DNA of 64,000 bases from Microcoleus sp. (GCA_042408215.1 JAYFMW010000008.1:271756-335755), one strand, 5' to 3'; counted from the stretch's first letter, positions 19,815-30,080 are shown. Numbers and translations: made by a program. The notes: a model not told the origin generated them from the letters alone.

Positions 19815-20434
19815 GGTTTTTTGCGTAAGTCCTAGAAAAGAGAGAATTGATATTTAGCCCTGGCGAATGGAAGTCGCGGCTATACAAACAAAGTCCGAGC
19901 TGAGAGGGACTGAATTATTAAGGGCATTGTCCATCTTACCCTGATTGTTACCAATTGCATCTCATGTTCGATCGCAAAAATACTCGGTTTTGATATACTG
20001 TCTGATTACTGGCGATAGATTGAATAGATGCGTCTAAGTGTTTAATCTTCCGTTACGATCGTGCTGACCATAAACCTCAGTTAAATTTACCCAATTTCCC
20101 TCACCATAAGCATAAGGATTGTGAACAGAATATTGTGGCTTCTTCGGCTCCCATGTTAACAGAAGTGTTACAGGAAATTGAGGGGTTATTGCTGTAAATT
20201 TCAGTGAACGATCAAAATTACTGACGGCTAGTTTCTCGCGATCGCGAACAGTAAAATCCCAATCCACGAATCATTAGAAATGTTGAGTCTACGTTGCTTG
20301 TGACAACGCAAACTATAATAATCATCGGCAGGGGAAGAAATTGCACAGATAATCGCGGCAAGTGGCGGCCATCCACATCAGAAATTAATGCCGTTATGCT
20401 ATAAAACTTATGCTGGCTATCAGGAGGAAATACC

Positions 20435-21865
20435 ATGAGTCAAAATTCTCAGCCCGTTCCCCGCTTAGATTTAGCTCCCAAATTGAGCCGCCCTCTTTCA
20501 TTATGGAATCCCCTAGATTATCTGCGGTTATTGTATTGGGTGTTCTTTTTTCCCCAAGCTTTGCCGTGGTATATAGACACCTTTGGCGGTAAGGGTTTTA
20601 AGGAGGCAAAAACTGGGCTCCAAAGGTGGGAATGGCTGCGCCAAAATCCCATCCAGCCCCAGCTAGTTTTGCAAGTCTTAACGTTAGGTGTGGTTCTTCT
20701 GATCATTTTGAATGGAGTTCCTGTGCGGGTAGGTTTTGCTGTCAATTGGTGGTGGGTAATGAAGGGCATAGTGTACGGCGTGGCGTTGAGCATGGCGTCG
20801 GGCGTGGCGTTGAGCGTGGTGTCGGGCATAGTGTGTGGCGTGGCGTTCGGTGTGGTGTCGGGCGTGGCGTCGGTCGTGGCGTTGAGCGTGGCGTTTGGCG
20901 TGGTGTGGGGCGTGATGCCGGGCGCGGCGATCAGCCTGCCGTACATCGTGGCGTTGTTCGTGGTGTTGCTCGTGGTGTTGGGCGGGGCGTTGGGCGTGTC
21001 GTTGGGCGAGGTGTGGGGCGTGATACCGGGCGTGGGGTTCGGGGTGGCGCTCGGCTTGGTGTTCGCACGTCTAGAAGATTGGCTTTTCGCTTTACCGTTT
21101 ACCTTGCTCCAGCCGAGAAACCAAAATAGGTATTTTCCTCACATTACCAGCATTCCCCTTCCGTACCTATCTTCTCAGGTAGCAAATTGGCTGAGGCGAG
21201 ATTGGGAAACAGGAAAGCACAACATTAATCAACTATTGCGATTTACCTTTCAGTTTATCCCCGTTTTTCAAGCTGTTAATAAAGTGCTCGCCGAGACGCC
21301 TCCAGAACTACTTATCTATCGCGTCGCTCAATTAGCTGACGAGCTTTATGATTGGAATTTATTGCGTTTTGCCTCAGCTTCTCTGAGTGGGATTCGCTTA
21401 GATACCCCTGCGCGTGCTGCTGCTGCGGGTTTCTGGTATTTGTATGTAGAAAAGCCCAAAAAAGCGACAGAAGCTTTTGCCGTCGTGCGCGAGCTCCCCT
21501 ATGGCGAAGAGATGTTCACCTTGGCGCAAATCCTAGCAGCTTTTCACACCACAAAGGAACCCGCTCAAATTGCCGCCCTCAACCTGCCTGATTCACCCAA
21601 TCAAACGTTTTTACACTTGACTGCTTGGTCAGCAATTGCGGCCTTGCGACGGGTTATTTCCGATGTGCAAAATATCGAGCAATCAGCCTCTAAATCAGCG
21701 AGTGTTCTGGTTTTTAACCGCGCATTCGTAGAACTCCAAGACATTCTGGATGGAGCCGAAAACATCCCGCAAGCTGAACGAAAGTTAATTATAAATATTG
21801 CACAAACTTGGAGGATAAATATTGCACAAACTTGGCAAAAATCTGGACTGGCAATTACTGGTTAA
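20435..21865 (+). CDS. Membrane protein with Gly/Val-rich repeat; possibly the truncated N-terminus of an AAA/STAND ATPase
   Basis: LSLWNPLDYLRLLYWVFFFPQAL, GVA-rich TM repeats, TPARAAAAGFWYL. INIAQTW is duplicated near the end, and an out-of-frame KPVTNP follows the stop. Confidence 0.6.
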   Translation: MSQNSQPVPRLDLAPKLSRPLSLWNPLDYLRLLYWVFFFPQALPWYIDTFGGKGFKEAKTGLQRWEWLRQNPIQPQLVLQVLTLGVVLLIILNGVPVRVGFAVNWWWVMKGIVYGVALSMASGVALSVVSGIVCGVAFGVVSGVASVVALSVAFGVVWGVMPGAAISLPYIVALFVVLLVVLGGALGVSLGEVWGVIPGVGFGVALGLVFARLEDWLFALPFTLLQPRNQNRYFPHITSIPLPYLSSQVANWLRRDWETGKHNINQLLRFTFQFIPVFQAVNKVLAETPPELLIYRVAQLADELYDWNLLRFASASLSGIRLDTPARAAAAGFWYLYVEKPKKATEAFAVVRELPYGEEMFTLAQILAAFHTTKEPAQIAALNLPDSPNQTFLHLTAWSAIAALRRVISDVQNIEQSASKSASVLVFNRAFVELQDILDGAENIPQAERKLIINIAQTWRINIAQTWQKSGLAITG

Positions 21866-22133
21866 ACAAGCAATGAGCCGCGATTTTATAGACAGTCGCC
21901 TCAAGGCTCCCTGGTTAAAACCTGTGACAAACCCTGTCAGTTTCACTTGTCAGAAATTACCTGACAAGTGCAGCGCCCAATATTCACCTGAGCCCCAAGC
22001 TTCCTTTCCTAAAGAGCGATCGCCCTTTTCCTTCCCAAAGCGCGATCGCTCTTGATTTCTCATGGATTCCACTAAATGGAGCGTGCTATAATTAGTCATA
22101 GCTTCCAGTACGTCAGATATAGGAGTTTCCAGC

Positions 22134-22400
22134 ATGGATGCAAGTCAGATTGCCACTGTGACAGCAGAACACAAACTGCAATTCCCGCCTGAAATTTTAG
22201 CTCAACTACGTCCAGGCGATCGATACCAATTTTCTTTAACCGAAACTGAAATTATCTTAACAAAAATTCCCCTGTCGCAAACAGACTTGGATGAATTCCT
22301 CGAACATCTAGAAGAACTAGAACCAAATCCCAATCAACCTACTCTGCAAGAAATTAGTGAAATTGTTAAAGAAGTCCGACAAGAGTTGTGGTCTAACTAA
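22134..22400 (+). CDS. Putative antitoxin (AbrB-like N-terminus, acidic C-terminus)
   Basis: LQFPPEILAQLRPGDRY...EISEIVKEVRQELW. Coupled to the PIN gene through a TAATG overlap. Confidence 0.65.
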   Translation: MDASQIATVTAEHKLQFPPEILAQLRPGDRYQFSLTETEIILTKIPLSQTDLDEFLEHLEELEPNPNQPTLQEISEIVKEVRQELWSN

Positions 22401-22840
22401 TGAGAGTTGTATTGGATGTCAACGTTTGGATTTCAGCTTTACTATGGGGCGGAATTCCTGGTCAAATGCTGCGGCTAGCCCGAAATCAACAAATTACTAT
22501 ATTTACTTCCGATCCCTTATTGTTGGAACTGGAAACCACACTCAACCGTGCTAAATTTCGGTCACAATTGCAACAGCGAGATTATACGGTTGAATATCTG
22601 ATGTCTGTAGTCAAAGGATTTTCCACTTCTTCTTCAACAACTCCTATTAATGTTCCTGAACTGCGAGATCCTAAAGATGCCAAAATTATAGAAACAGCTT
22701 TAGGTGCTGATGCAGAAGCTATTGTAACTGGCGATTTAGATTTACTGACTCTCGGCGAAGTTGAACACATAGCGATTCTGACTCCAACAAATTTTATTAA
22801 TCGTTATTTTCCTAATTTAAGCTTTCGGAATATTGACTAG
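22400..22840 (+). CDS. PIN-domain (VapC-like) putative toxin
   Basis: MRVVLDVNVWISALL...RDPKD...IVTGDLDLL. Confidence 0.85.
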   Translation: MRVVLDVNVWISALLWGGIPGQMLRLARNQQITIFTSDPLLLELETTLNRAKFRSQLQQRDYTVEYLMSVVKGFSTSSSTTPINVPELRDPKDAKIIETALGADAEAIVTGDLDLLTLGEVEHIAILTPTNFINRYFPNLSFRNID

Positions 22841-22864
22841 AAAAAAGCGATAGCCCTTGAGATA

Positions 22865-22891
22865 CCCGACTTACTTTTTTGAGAAGTCGGG
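22865..22891. terminator. Hairpin between convergent genes
   Basis: cccgactt...aagtcggg inverted repeat. Confidence 0.5.
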
Positions 22892-22906
22892 ACTCTGCTT
22901 GTTAAA

Positions 22907-23920
22907 TTACTGGGGCGAATCGATCTTAGCAGCATCTTCAACCACAGGATGAATTAAAGCCGATCGCAAACCTTGACGAGTTTCCGCACTCAAATACCGG
23001 CGCTGCAAAATCTGCCATTTTCCCCAAGCTGCGTAGCGACTTTCTGCCAAAATACCAGCCAATATCGGCAACTCTTTTTGCAGATCGCCCTCCACAAAAT
23101 CCGTCAAAAATTCCCCTAAAACTTCACTGTCTTGAATATCACCCAAACATTCTTGAATAGCTTTCACATCCTCTACATAAGCTTCATAAGTCTCGCCGTA
23201 AAAATCTCCAAACAGATTCATCAAATAGCGAACTCGCTTAGCTTGCTTCCGCAAATCGTGCAGAATTGTTCCCTCGGCGGCCAACTTGTGTTCGACAGCC
23301 TCAGCATTCAAATCATCACAAACTTTAACTTGGCCATCCTCATATTCCGTACCCAGCAGCCAAGCCGGATGTAGGAAAAACTCGCTGACTTGAGGTAACA
23401 GTAAATCTGGCAAAACCTCAGCAATTGGCAAATGTTCGATCGCCCGAAACTGCGGTTTTTCCAACCAATCCTCGATCGACCTTTTCAGCAATTGGTAACT
23501 TTTGTGTTCCAAAACCGCCCTCACCCCTTTCAAAGCGCGGCGTCGCTGTTTGAGCAAAGTTAACAAAACTTGATCTAAAACTTCCTGTTCTTCGGCAGGC
23601 AAATTCGGGTAATATCGGTTTTGGAGACTGTCGAGCATCACATCCAAATCTCTGAGAGTTCCCAGAATCCGTCCAACTTTACCAATTTTGTGCTCTTGGG
23701 CCTGTTTTGGCAAATCTAAAACCGGAGCGAAACCAGTCACAGCCGATCGCAAACGCCGCATTCCGACTCGCATTTGGTGAAGTTCTTCCGCATCTTTGTC
23801 TTTGAGAACTTCAGCTTCGTGGGCTAGAGTTTTGCGGAAATATTTCTCGATCGCGTCAGCAGCCGCGTCTCCGAGAGTCTTAACTTGAGTTTTAACTTTG
23901 ACTGATGTTTTTAGGTTCAT
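22907..23920 (-). CDS. CHAD domain protein (polyphosphate-binding)
   Basis: EELHQMRVGMRRLRS, LRDLDV, LHDLRKQAKRVRY, LGDIQD. ATG at 23920. Confidence 0.9.
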   Translation of the reverse strand: MNLKTSVKVKTQVKTLGDAAADAIEKYFRKTLAHEAEVLKDKDAEELHQMRVGMRRLRSAVTGFAPVLDLPKQAQEHKIGKVGRILGTLRDLDVMLDSLQNRYYPNLPAEEQEVLDQVLLTLLKQRRRALKGVRAVLEHKSYQLLKRSIEDWLEKPQFRAIEHLPIAEVLPDLLLPQVSEFFLHPAWLLGTEYEDGQVKVCDDLNAEAVEHKLAAEGTILHDLRKQAKRVRYLMNLFGDFYGETYEAYVEDVKAIQECLGDIQDSEVLGEFLTDFVEGDLQKELPILAGILAESRYAAWGKWQILQRRYLSAETRQGLRSALIHPVVEDAAKIDSPQ

Positions 23921-24096
23921 GGCTGGTGTAGATGTCAAATCCCCGATCGACTTTAATTTTGATTTCAAGGCTTTTCTAATAAGGGGTTACATCCTAGCAC
24001 ACACTTTTAATTTATGAACCGCACCCACAATAAATCTTAATGTAAGGTGCTTGACAATTTATCCAAAATATGCATTGACAGTCCTGGATGCACTCC

Positions 24097-24226
24097 AATC
24101 AAAGAAACCGGGTTTTTTACCGAATTTGCTGGTCTCAACCAAGTATTGTCGTAAATCAAAGAAACCGGGTTTTTTACCGAATTTGCTGGTCTCAACCAAG
24201 TATTGTCCTAAAAAAACCAGGTTTCT
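24097..24226. repeat. 57-bp tandem repeat of the dispersed aaaccgggtttt/aaaacccggttt family
   Basis: aatcaaagaaaccgggttttttaccgaatttgctggtctcaaccaagtattgtc x2. Related motifs at about 14736, 17955, 50617, 61122 and 63637. Confidence 0.8.
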
Positions 24227-24424
24227 AGGCTCTCATGCAAAATCTCAAATCTCAAATAAAATGTCCCTCCCTCGCTCTTCGGCCAATAAAAATCCGATTT
24301 CTTGCACACTTTCCCAAAAAGGTTAAGATAGCCTCAAACTGACATTTATTCGCCAAAGGGTGAGAGAGGGTGCGATCGGGAAAGACAAGTTTGAGATTAA
24401 ATCAAGTCCACCCAGACAGGCAGT

Positions 24425-24766
24425 TTAGCCCTTCTTCCAGTCTTTCGCCGATTGTTCGAGTACGTAGGTTGCTACATCCTCAATTTGTGCCGGCTTCAAG
24501 CGGCCCTTAAAAGCAGGCATAGCATTTTTGCCATTTGTTACCTGAGTGGTAATAGCTTCGATGGAATTCATGCCGTATTTCTCAAGAGCAGCCTTTTTCA
24601 AGGTTTTCATACCCATAACCACGTTGCCGCCACCGATGTGACAAGCTGCACAGTTAGCGCTAAAGATTTTAGCTCCATTAGCGGCATCTCCAGCCAAAGC
24701 AGGGCGGCCAAAGCCGACGGTAAAAATTGCAAACGCTAACAGAGCGATCGATAAGAGTCTTTTCAA
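24425..24766 (-). CDS. petJ: Cytochrome c6
   Basis: Signal peptide, [29 protein letters not shown]. Confidence 0.95.
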   Translation of the reverse strand: MKRLLSIALLAFAIFTVGFGRPALAGDAANGAKIFSANCAACHIGGGNVVMGMKTLKKAALEKYGMNSIEAITTQVTNGKNAMPAFKGRLKPAQIEDVATYVLEQSAKDWKKG

Positions 24767-25284
24767 CGAAGTTCTCCTCTACTGGATACACAAAGAGTGA
24801 TTGTTTAGATATTTTACCTGTTTAATCAGGCACGAACACGTAGACGCGATCGCGATCTCCCGAGTAATTTACCACTTTTTTGCAGTCGCGATTCAACTCT
24901 CAAAATTCTCGACGCCCCATGCGGGAGCCTTCTGAGCCGCCCTGAGCAAAAAAGCAGCCAAATTTTCGATTTGGGCCTGGGACATCCAGCTTTCCGGCAC
25001 CTGGCGGCACCAAAAACTTGCCTCGCTACCGTCATAAGTCATCGGTTGTCTTAGATACGCCACCAAAGCATTGATGTTGCTGCGGGGAGGGGTTGCCCCA
25101 TTGAGGTCAGCCAAAGACAGAGATCTAGTCGGATCGGGCAAATTAGCTCCTCCGACGTGACAATTGAGGCAATTTTGCTGGAACAAGCGCTTCCCTGCGG
25201 ACAAATCCTCAGCCGAAAACAAGCGAGTATCTCCCTGTCCAATTCCAGTGCCACAGGTTCGCTGGCTTGCAAATAGCGAGTCAC

Positions 25285-25851
25285 TTGACACTCCCCGACC
25301 GTCGCGGACGGGGATTCTTGGTTCATCGACAAACCTTAAAATTACCTATCCTTACGGCATTACTTAAACCTGATACCCGTTCGATTGAACCTGTGTACCG
25401 AGCATAATTTAGGCAATCCCAGAGGGCTATATCTCCTCAAGCTTTTAGAGAATTACTTCTCACGATTCCGTGTGCCCCACGGTACGTTTAATATTTAAAA
25501 GTTTTACTTTTCTGGTTTTGGGCTAGCGTTAGCTTCCCTGACTATGTTTATTCGTGGTATTCGTCACCCACTAGCCATTATTATTTTCCGACCCGTCGTT
25601 TGAGCTTGGTGTCTCATGTGTATCGGCGGTTATTCTACCTGTGACATACTCATGATGTACCTCCAAACGAACCCCATGTCAAGAGCAAAATCTATCAAAA
25701 TCAGACTTTCTGAGTATGAATACCAGCAACTACAGCAGGAAGCCGAAAGACAAGGCACAGGTATGTCTGATTTACTGAGAAAATGTATCTCTAAGTTTCC
25801 TGCCGTAAAAAAGCCGTCCTAAAAGGACGGGGCTTTAAACCCAAATTTCCG
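25285..25851 (-). mobile_element. IS605-family deletion derivative with tnpB remnants and a divergent RHH gene
   Basis: Right end ...gggagtgTCAA. Left end aagccccgtccttttaggacggctt follows TTAC and is nearly identical to the left end at 57278-57322. Internal ttccgtgtgccccacggtacg is shared with the tnpB 3' end at about 56114. Confidence 0.85.
25676..25822 (+). CDS. Small ribbon-helix-helix (CopG/MobC-like) protein, 48 aa
   Basis: MSRAKSIKIRLSEYEYQQLQQEAERQGTGMSDLLRKCI: beta-strand-helix-helix pattern. Confidence 0.65.
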   Translation: MSRAKSIKIRLSEYEYQQLQQEAERQGTGMSDLLRKCISKFPAVKKPS

Positions 25852-25959
25852 GTAAATTTTAGATTTCAGATTTTCGATCGAAAAACGACCAGCTAGCAAT
25901 GCTTAGGAAACTCCAGCCCTCTCCCAATCCAAAATCCAAAATCTAAAATCTAAAATTGA

Positions 25960-26448
25960 TTAACGAGCGCCTTTACCGCCAGCCCACTGCTTGCCGATAA
26001 TTTTCGGTTGCAACAGAATGTGACCGGCAATCGCGTACAAATCATCATCCGAGAGATTTCTCATCTCAGCAAAAATATCCGCGCTCTTCATGCTCGGATG
26101 CAACTCAGAAATTTCCTCAAAACCGTCATAAGTCGTGGGATTTTTCATATAGTCCACCAGCGACTCCACATTATTGCGGGGCGGGTTTGCCAAAGCTAGA
26201 GTTTCGGGACTCAAATTCACATTCGGGTCAGTTTTTGTCATTCCTGAATTGTGACATTGAGCGCAAGTCGAACCAAACAAGCGTTTGCCTTGCTGAACCT
26301 GTTTGAGACTCAGTACCACGGTCGCCCCCTTGTCATTTAAAGTCACGGTGCGAAGTTCAGGACTCAGTTCAACAGCCATCGCACTGCTGACAAATAACTG
26401 AAATGTCAAGAATACAGCGGTCAGAGCAATGAAAGATCTTTTAAGCAT
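25960..26448 (-). CDS. psbV: Photosystem II cytochrome c550
   Basis: CAQCH, TKTDPNVNL, YMKNPTTYDG, AIAGHILLQPK. GGAG precedes ATG 26448. Confidence 0.95.
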   Translation of the reverse strand: MLKRSFIALTAVFLTFQLFVSSAMAVELSPELRTVTLNDKGATVVLSLKQVQQGKRLFGSTCAQCHNSGMTKTDPNVNLSPETLALANPPRNNVESLVDYMKNPTTYDGFEEISELHPSMKSADIFAEMRNLSDDDLYAIAGHILLQPKIIGKQWAGGKGAR

Positions 26449-26598
26449 GGTTCTCCTTAAAAAAAAATCAGGCGAATTTATTGAATGCTCTTTTGCAGAG
26501 CCGGCAAACAGATTGCTATTCAAGATTCCACCGCCGGGAAAAACTGCTGACAGTTTATGCGGTTGTACCTTTAAAGGTAAGGGAATTTTGCGATCGAT

Positions 26599-26790
26599 CT
26601 AATCTGCTAGAAGTTTTGAGTCGCGTCTCTTTTCCAGAGCAGACATAATTGCCTTAACATCCTCCAGGGCCAAACGGGTTTGAGGGTGCTTGTAAGCAAT
26701 TTCTAACTCGTCGCACAAGCGGATAACGTCTTCAACAGGGACGTTGAAGTCCTCTGCTATTTCTGCGATGGACAGGTCTGCAAAACCCAT
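26599..26790 (-). CDS. Small cyanobacterial IF-2 N-terminal-like HTH protein
   Basis: MGFADLSIAEIAEDFNVPVEDVIRLCDELEIAYKHPQTRLALED. Confidence 0.7.
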   Translation of the reverse strand: MGFADLSIAEIAEDFNVPVEDVIRLCDELEIAYKHPQTRLALEDVKAIMSALEKRRDSKLLAD

Positions 26791-27191
26791 AATTTTTAGG
26801 TCGCTGACAGGTCAAAATTGGGTTAACGGCTATTAACTAAAAGCTGGACAATTTCACAAAGCGCTGTTAGTTTGTTCTGAGGTTTATAGGACTTACGCCG
26901 ATCGTTAAATCCAGGATGCGCCGAAGGGCACTTTACCGCTATTTACAGCGCCTCAAAGGATTTTTTTTTGCCTGAGTCCTGATTGAGTCTGTCAGAGCCA
27001 ACTAACCGCTAACTGCCACTAGGCATTTTTGCTCAGCTAAGCTTTATAGCCAATCAACTTCCAATCAATATCATCCCACTGCGGTGTCGTTATTACCAAG
27101 TGAATTACCCACAGCAACCACTAGGTATGATTGAGGCTGCCAATTTGTACTCCTTAGCTCAGAGACTGGGAGCGAGACCATCTGCGATCGT

Positions 27192-28142
27192 TCACGGCGA
27201 AAGTTTGAAAGCGTGAGTCTGTGCCGACACTGCGTGGCTGTCTGTTGGTTCTTGAGCCTCAAATTCCGATCGAGCCAATAAAGGCTGGGGCTGGTGAAGG
27301 CTAATTAGCTGAGCCAGAGTTTTCTTGAGCTGAGTCCGGGGGACGATCGCATCTACAAAACCGTGAGCAAACGAATATTCGGAAGTTTGATAATTTTCCG
27401 GCAGTTTTTCCCGCAGAGTTTGTTCGATGACCCGGCCGCCGGTAAACGCCACAGTCGCTTTCGGCTCGGCAATTATAATGTCTCCCAGCATGGCAAAACT
27501 AGCGGTGACGCCGCCAGTAGTCGGGTGAGTCAAAATCGGGATGTAAAGCAATCTCGCTTCCCTGTGGCGTTCCAGAGCCCCGGAAACCTTAGCCATTTGC
27601 ATCAGGCTGAGCATTCCTTCTTGCATTCTCGCACCGCCAGAGGAGCAGACAACGATCGCTGGTAAGCGTTCTCGCGTCGCGTGTTCGATCAGGCGAGTCA
27701 GCTTTTCTCCGACTACTGAGCCCATGCTGCCGCCGATGAACTGAAATTCCATGACTCCCAGGGCGACGGGTAAGCCATCGAGTTTGCCGATGCCTGTTTC
27801 TACTGCGTCTAAGTGACCTGTTTTTTCTTGAGTTTCTCGGAGCCGATCGCTATATTTTTTGCGATCGCGAAATTTCAAGGGATCGGTGGCGTGGAGCCCT
27901 TCATTAATGGGCATCCAGCTATGGGCATCGATCAACTGCTCGATGCGATCGTCACTGTAAACTCTCATGTGATGCCCACACTCCAAGCAAACCATTTGAT
28001 TTGCTCGCAGGTCTTTGGTATAACTCAGTGCACCGCAAGATTCGCATTTATTCCAAAGTCCGTCAGCAATTTCTCGTTCCGGCCGTTCTTGAGAGTTCGG
28101 TACTGATTTTCGTCGATTTGCAAACCAATCAAATAAAGACAT
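27192..28142 (-). CDS. accD: Acetyl-CoA carboxylase carboxyltransferase beta subunit
   Basis: C4 zinc finger, [32 protein letters not shown]. Confidence 0.97.
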   Translation of the reverse strand: MSLFDWFANRRKSVPNSQERPEREIADGLWNKCESCGALSYTKDLRANQMVCLECGHHMRVYSDDRIEQLIDAHSWMPINEGLHATDPLKFRDRKKYSDRLRETQEKTGHLDAVETGIGKLDGLPVALGVMEFQFIGGSMGSVVGEKLTRLIEHATRERLPAIVVCSSGGARMQEGMLSLMQMAKVSGALERHREARLLYIPILTHPTTGGVTASFAMLGDIIIAEPKATVAFTGGRVIEQTLREKLPENYQTSEYSFAHGFVDAIVPRTQLKKTLAQLISLHQPQPLLARSEFEAQEPTDSHAVSAQTHAFKLSP

Positions 28143-28207
28143 TAAAACTTAGTAATTGTTAGTTGGTAATTGGTAATTGTTAGTTGTTGACTGTTAACTG
28201 TTAGCTG

Positions 28208-28429
28208 TTAACTGTTTGATTCGGGTTCCTCTTCAATTGGACCGATCGGGAGCGATGCAGTCTGCTGGTGTTCTGGAAGAACTTGCAAAGCTGTAGAACT
28301 ACCTGCTCCCAAACAAGATGCGATGCCTAAGTCAACAATCCGAGTTGGGATTTGATGAGCAGCAAGGATTTGCTGCATCAATTCGGCTTCCCAGCGAAAG
28401 CTAGTGGTTGTTAGTGTAATCCAAGACAC
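28208..28429 (-). CDS. Small DUF2007-like putative signal-transducing protein
   Basis: WEAELMQQILAAHQIP...ALQV. Confidence 0.6.
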   Translation of the reverse strand: MSWITLTTTSFRWEAELMQQILAAHQIPTRIVDLGIASCLGAGSSTALQVLPEHQQTASLPIGPIEEEPESNS

Positions 28430-28448
28430 GGAACAATTTTACCAATTA

Positions 28449-28837
28449 TTGACACTCTCAGGTCTAAAGACACGCTCGATTCTGCTGACAGAGTAAAACT
28501 CTCGCTACGGCCGTCAAACGCCGTCTACTTAGTCACCAATCGTCAAGCGATAGTTACTAGCTACTTTTGTCTCCAATGCTTTCAGAATCCATCACTAAGC
28601 CAAGACACGGTACGCTCAACATCCTGCCATTATTAGCTCTTTTTGTGTTACCTCTCAATAGGTGTACTAAGTTGCTGGGATTTCTCCGATACTAGGATGT
28701 TTCAACACGTAGATGTTTTTGTTCTTACTCACAACTCAATTGTAGCACATTTTCAATACCACGGCGGTTAAAACCGCAGGAGTCGCTTCCCTCTCAGGTC
28801 TAAAGACTCTGAGTTTCCCGCATCCCGTATTATTTTT
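28449..28837 (-). mobile_element. Non-coding IS200/IS605-family mini-element
   Basis: Right end ...tctttagacctgagagtgTCAA. Left-end hairpin actcagagtctttagacctgag. ctctcaggtctaaaga occurs at both ends. No ORF in the track. Confidence 0.75.
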
Positions 28838-28888
28838 ATGAGACAATATTATGCTCGATCGCGCGGGGAAAAATTAGGGTCAGAAATT

Positions 28889-29710
28889 CTAATTCGGGAA
28901 AAACAACTGCCAGTAAGTAGATAAGATCGCTTCGCCCCACAAAGCTGTAATTGCTGCACCCAGAGCCAGAAATGGGCCGAAGGGCATCGGTTGACGCCGA
29001 TCGAGCAACCCGATCGCGATCGCCCCGCCACCAGCAAAAGCCCCGGCCCCGCAAGCGATAAATCCCGCTAACAGCAAGTATTTCCACCCCAGCCAAGCTC
29101 CCATCAAAGCGGCCAATTTGCTATCCCCAGCGCCCATAGCATTTTGCCCAAGGGCTAGAGAACCTGCTAAACCGATGATGTCAAACAGCCACAGCCCGAC
29201 AACTGCTCCCAGGATACCGTTGAGTACCAGATGGTTAACGGAGTCGATCGGACTAAATATCGGCCACCAACCTTTCGCCATCTGAAAAACCAGTCCAGCC
29301 ACCAAACCCGATCGAGTCAAAGAATTAGGCAAAGTCATTGTATCGCAATCAATCAAAGACAAAGCCAAAAGCCAGCTAAAAAAAGCCCAAAAACCCAGAG
29401 TTTGTAATGTCACGCCAAACTGCCAAAAAATCAGCAAAAACAGCAAACCCGTAGCTGCTTCCACCAGCGGATAGCGTGCAGAAATCGGGCTGCGACAGTG
29501 ATTGCAGCGTCCCCGCAGCCACAGCCAGCCGAACACTGGTACATTTTCGTAAAATCTCAGCCGATTTAAACATTTGGGACAGCGAGAAGGAGGCGAAAGT
29601 ACCGACAAACCGGCTGGTAACCGATAAACTACCACATTCAGAAAGCTGCCGATCGCCGAGCCTAAAGCAAAGACAATGGCATAAACAAGAGAATTAAAGA
29701 TTATTTCCAT
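28889..29710 (-). CDS. pilD: Type IV prepilin peptidase
   Basis: GSFLNVVVYRLP, CPKC/CNHC, LSLIDCD, MGAGDSKL, PFGPFLA. ATG at 29710; the upstream ORF extension is STRR-derived. Confidence 0.93.
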   Translation of the reverse strand: MEIIFNSLVYAIVFALGSAIGSFLNVVVYRLPAGLSVLSPPSRCPKCLNRLRFYENVPVFGWLWLRGRCNHCRSPISARYPLVEAATGLLFLLIFWQFGVTLQTLGFWAFFSWLLALSLIDCDTMTLPNSLTRSGLVAGLVFQMAKGWWPIFSPIDSVNHLVLNGILGAVVGLWLFDIIGLAGSLALGQNAMGAGDSKLAALMGAWLGWKYLLLAGFIACGAGAFAGGGAIAIGLLDRRQPMPFGPFLALGAAITALWGEAILSTYWQLFFPN

Positions 29711-29767
29711 TAACAGGTAATTGGGAATGGGTAATTGGGCATTGGTAATTGGGCCTTGGTAGCCCGT

Positions 29768-30080
29768 CACAAATAACAAATAACAAATAACAAATAACAA
29801 ATAACCAATAACAAATAACCAATAACAAATAACCAATAACAAATAACAAATAACTAATGACTAATGACTACTGACTACTGACTACTGACTACTGACTACT
29901 GACTACTGACTACTGACTACTGACTACTGACTACTGACTACTGACTACTGACTAATGACTAATGACTACTGACTACTGACTAATGACTACTGACTACTGA
30001 CTACTGACTACTGACTACTGACTACTGACTACTGACTAATGACTACTGACTAATGACTACTGACTAATGACTACTGACTA
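29768..30080. repeat. Heptameric STRR arrays (acaaata; actactg/actaatg)
   Basis: More than 40 tandem 7-mers. Confidence 0.95.

Larger units (their letters stand above)
24893..25899 (-). pseudogene. psbV2: Cytochrome c550-like PsbV2, disrupted by a mini-IS, frameshifted and lacking its hydrophobic signal
   Basis: 3' part has CLNCHVGG and YLRQPMTYDG. VTRYLQASEPVALELD lies in another frame (shift at about 25237). A putative 5' stub from TTG 25899 (LLAGRFSIENLKSKIY) sits on the far side of the element. Located between psbV and petJ. Confidence 0.8.

Noticed and set aside
20034..20436. Two short minus-strand ORFs as a gene
   Set aside because: No recognisable motif or RBS. They may be a decayed fragment but cannot be supported.
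20518..21129. Alternative-frame ORFs (142 aa minus strand, 167 aa RGV-rich plus strand)
   Set aside because: They are shadows of the stop-poor GC-rich repeat inside 20435..21865.
24051..24326. 91-aa ORF
   Set aside because: It is a translation of the 57-bp tandem repeat (KKPGFLPNLL x2).
29711..29842. N-terminal extensions of pilD, htpX (57386), aspS (59237) and crcB (55884) in the ORF track
   Set aside because: They translate STRR, MITE or REP sequence. Downstream ATGs match the expected family starts.
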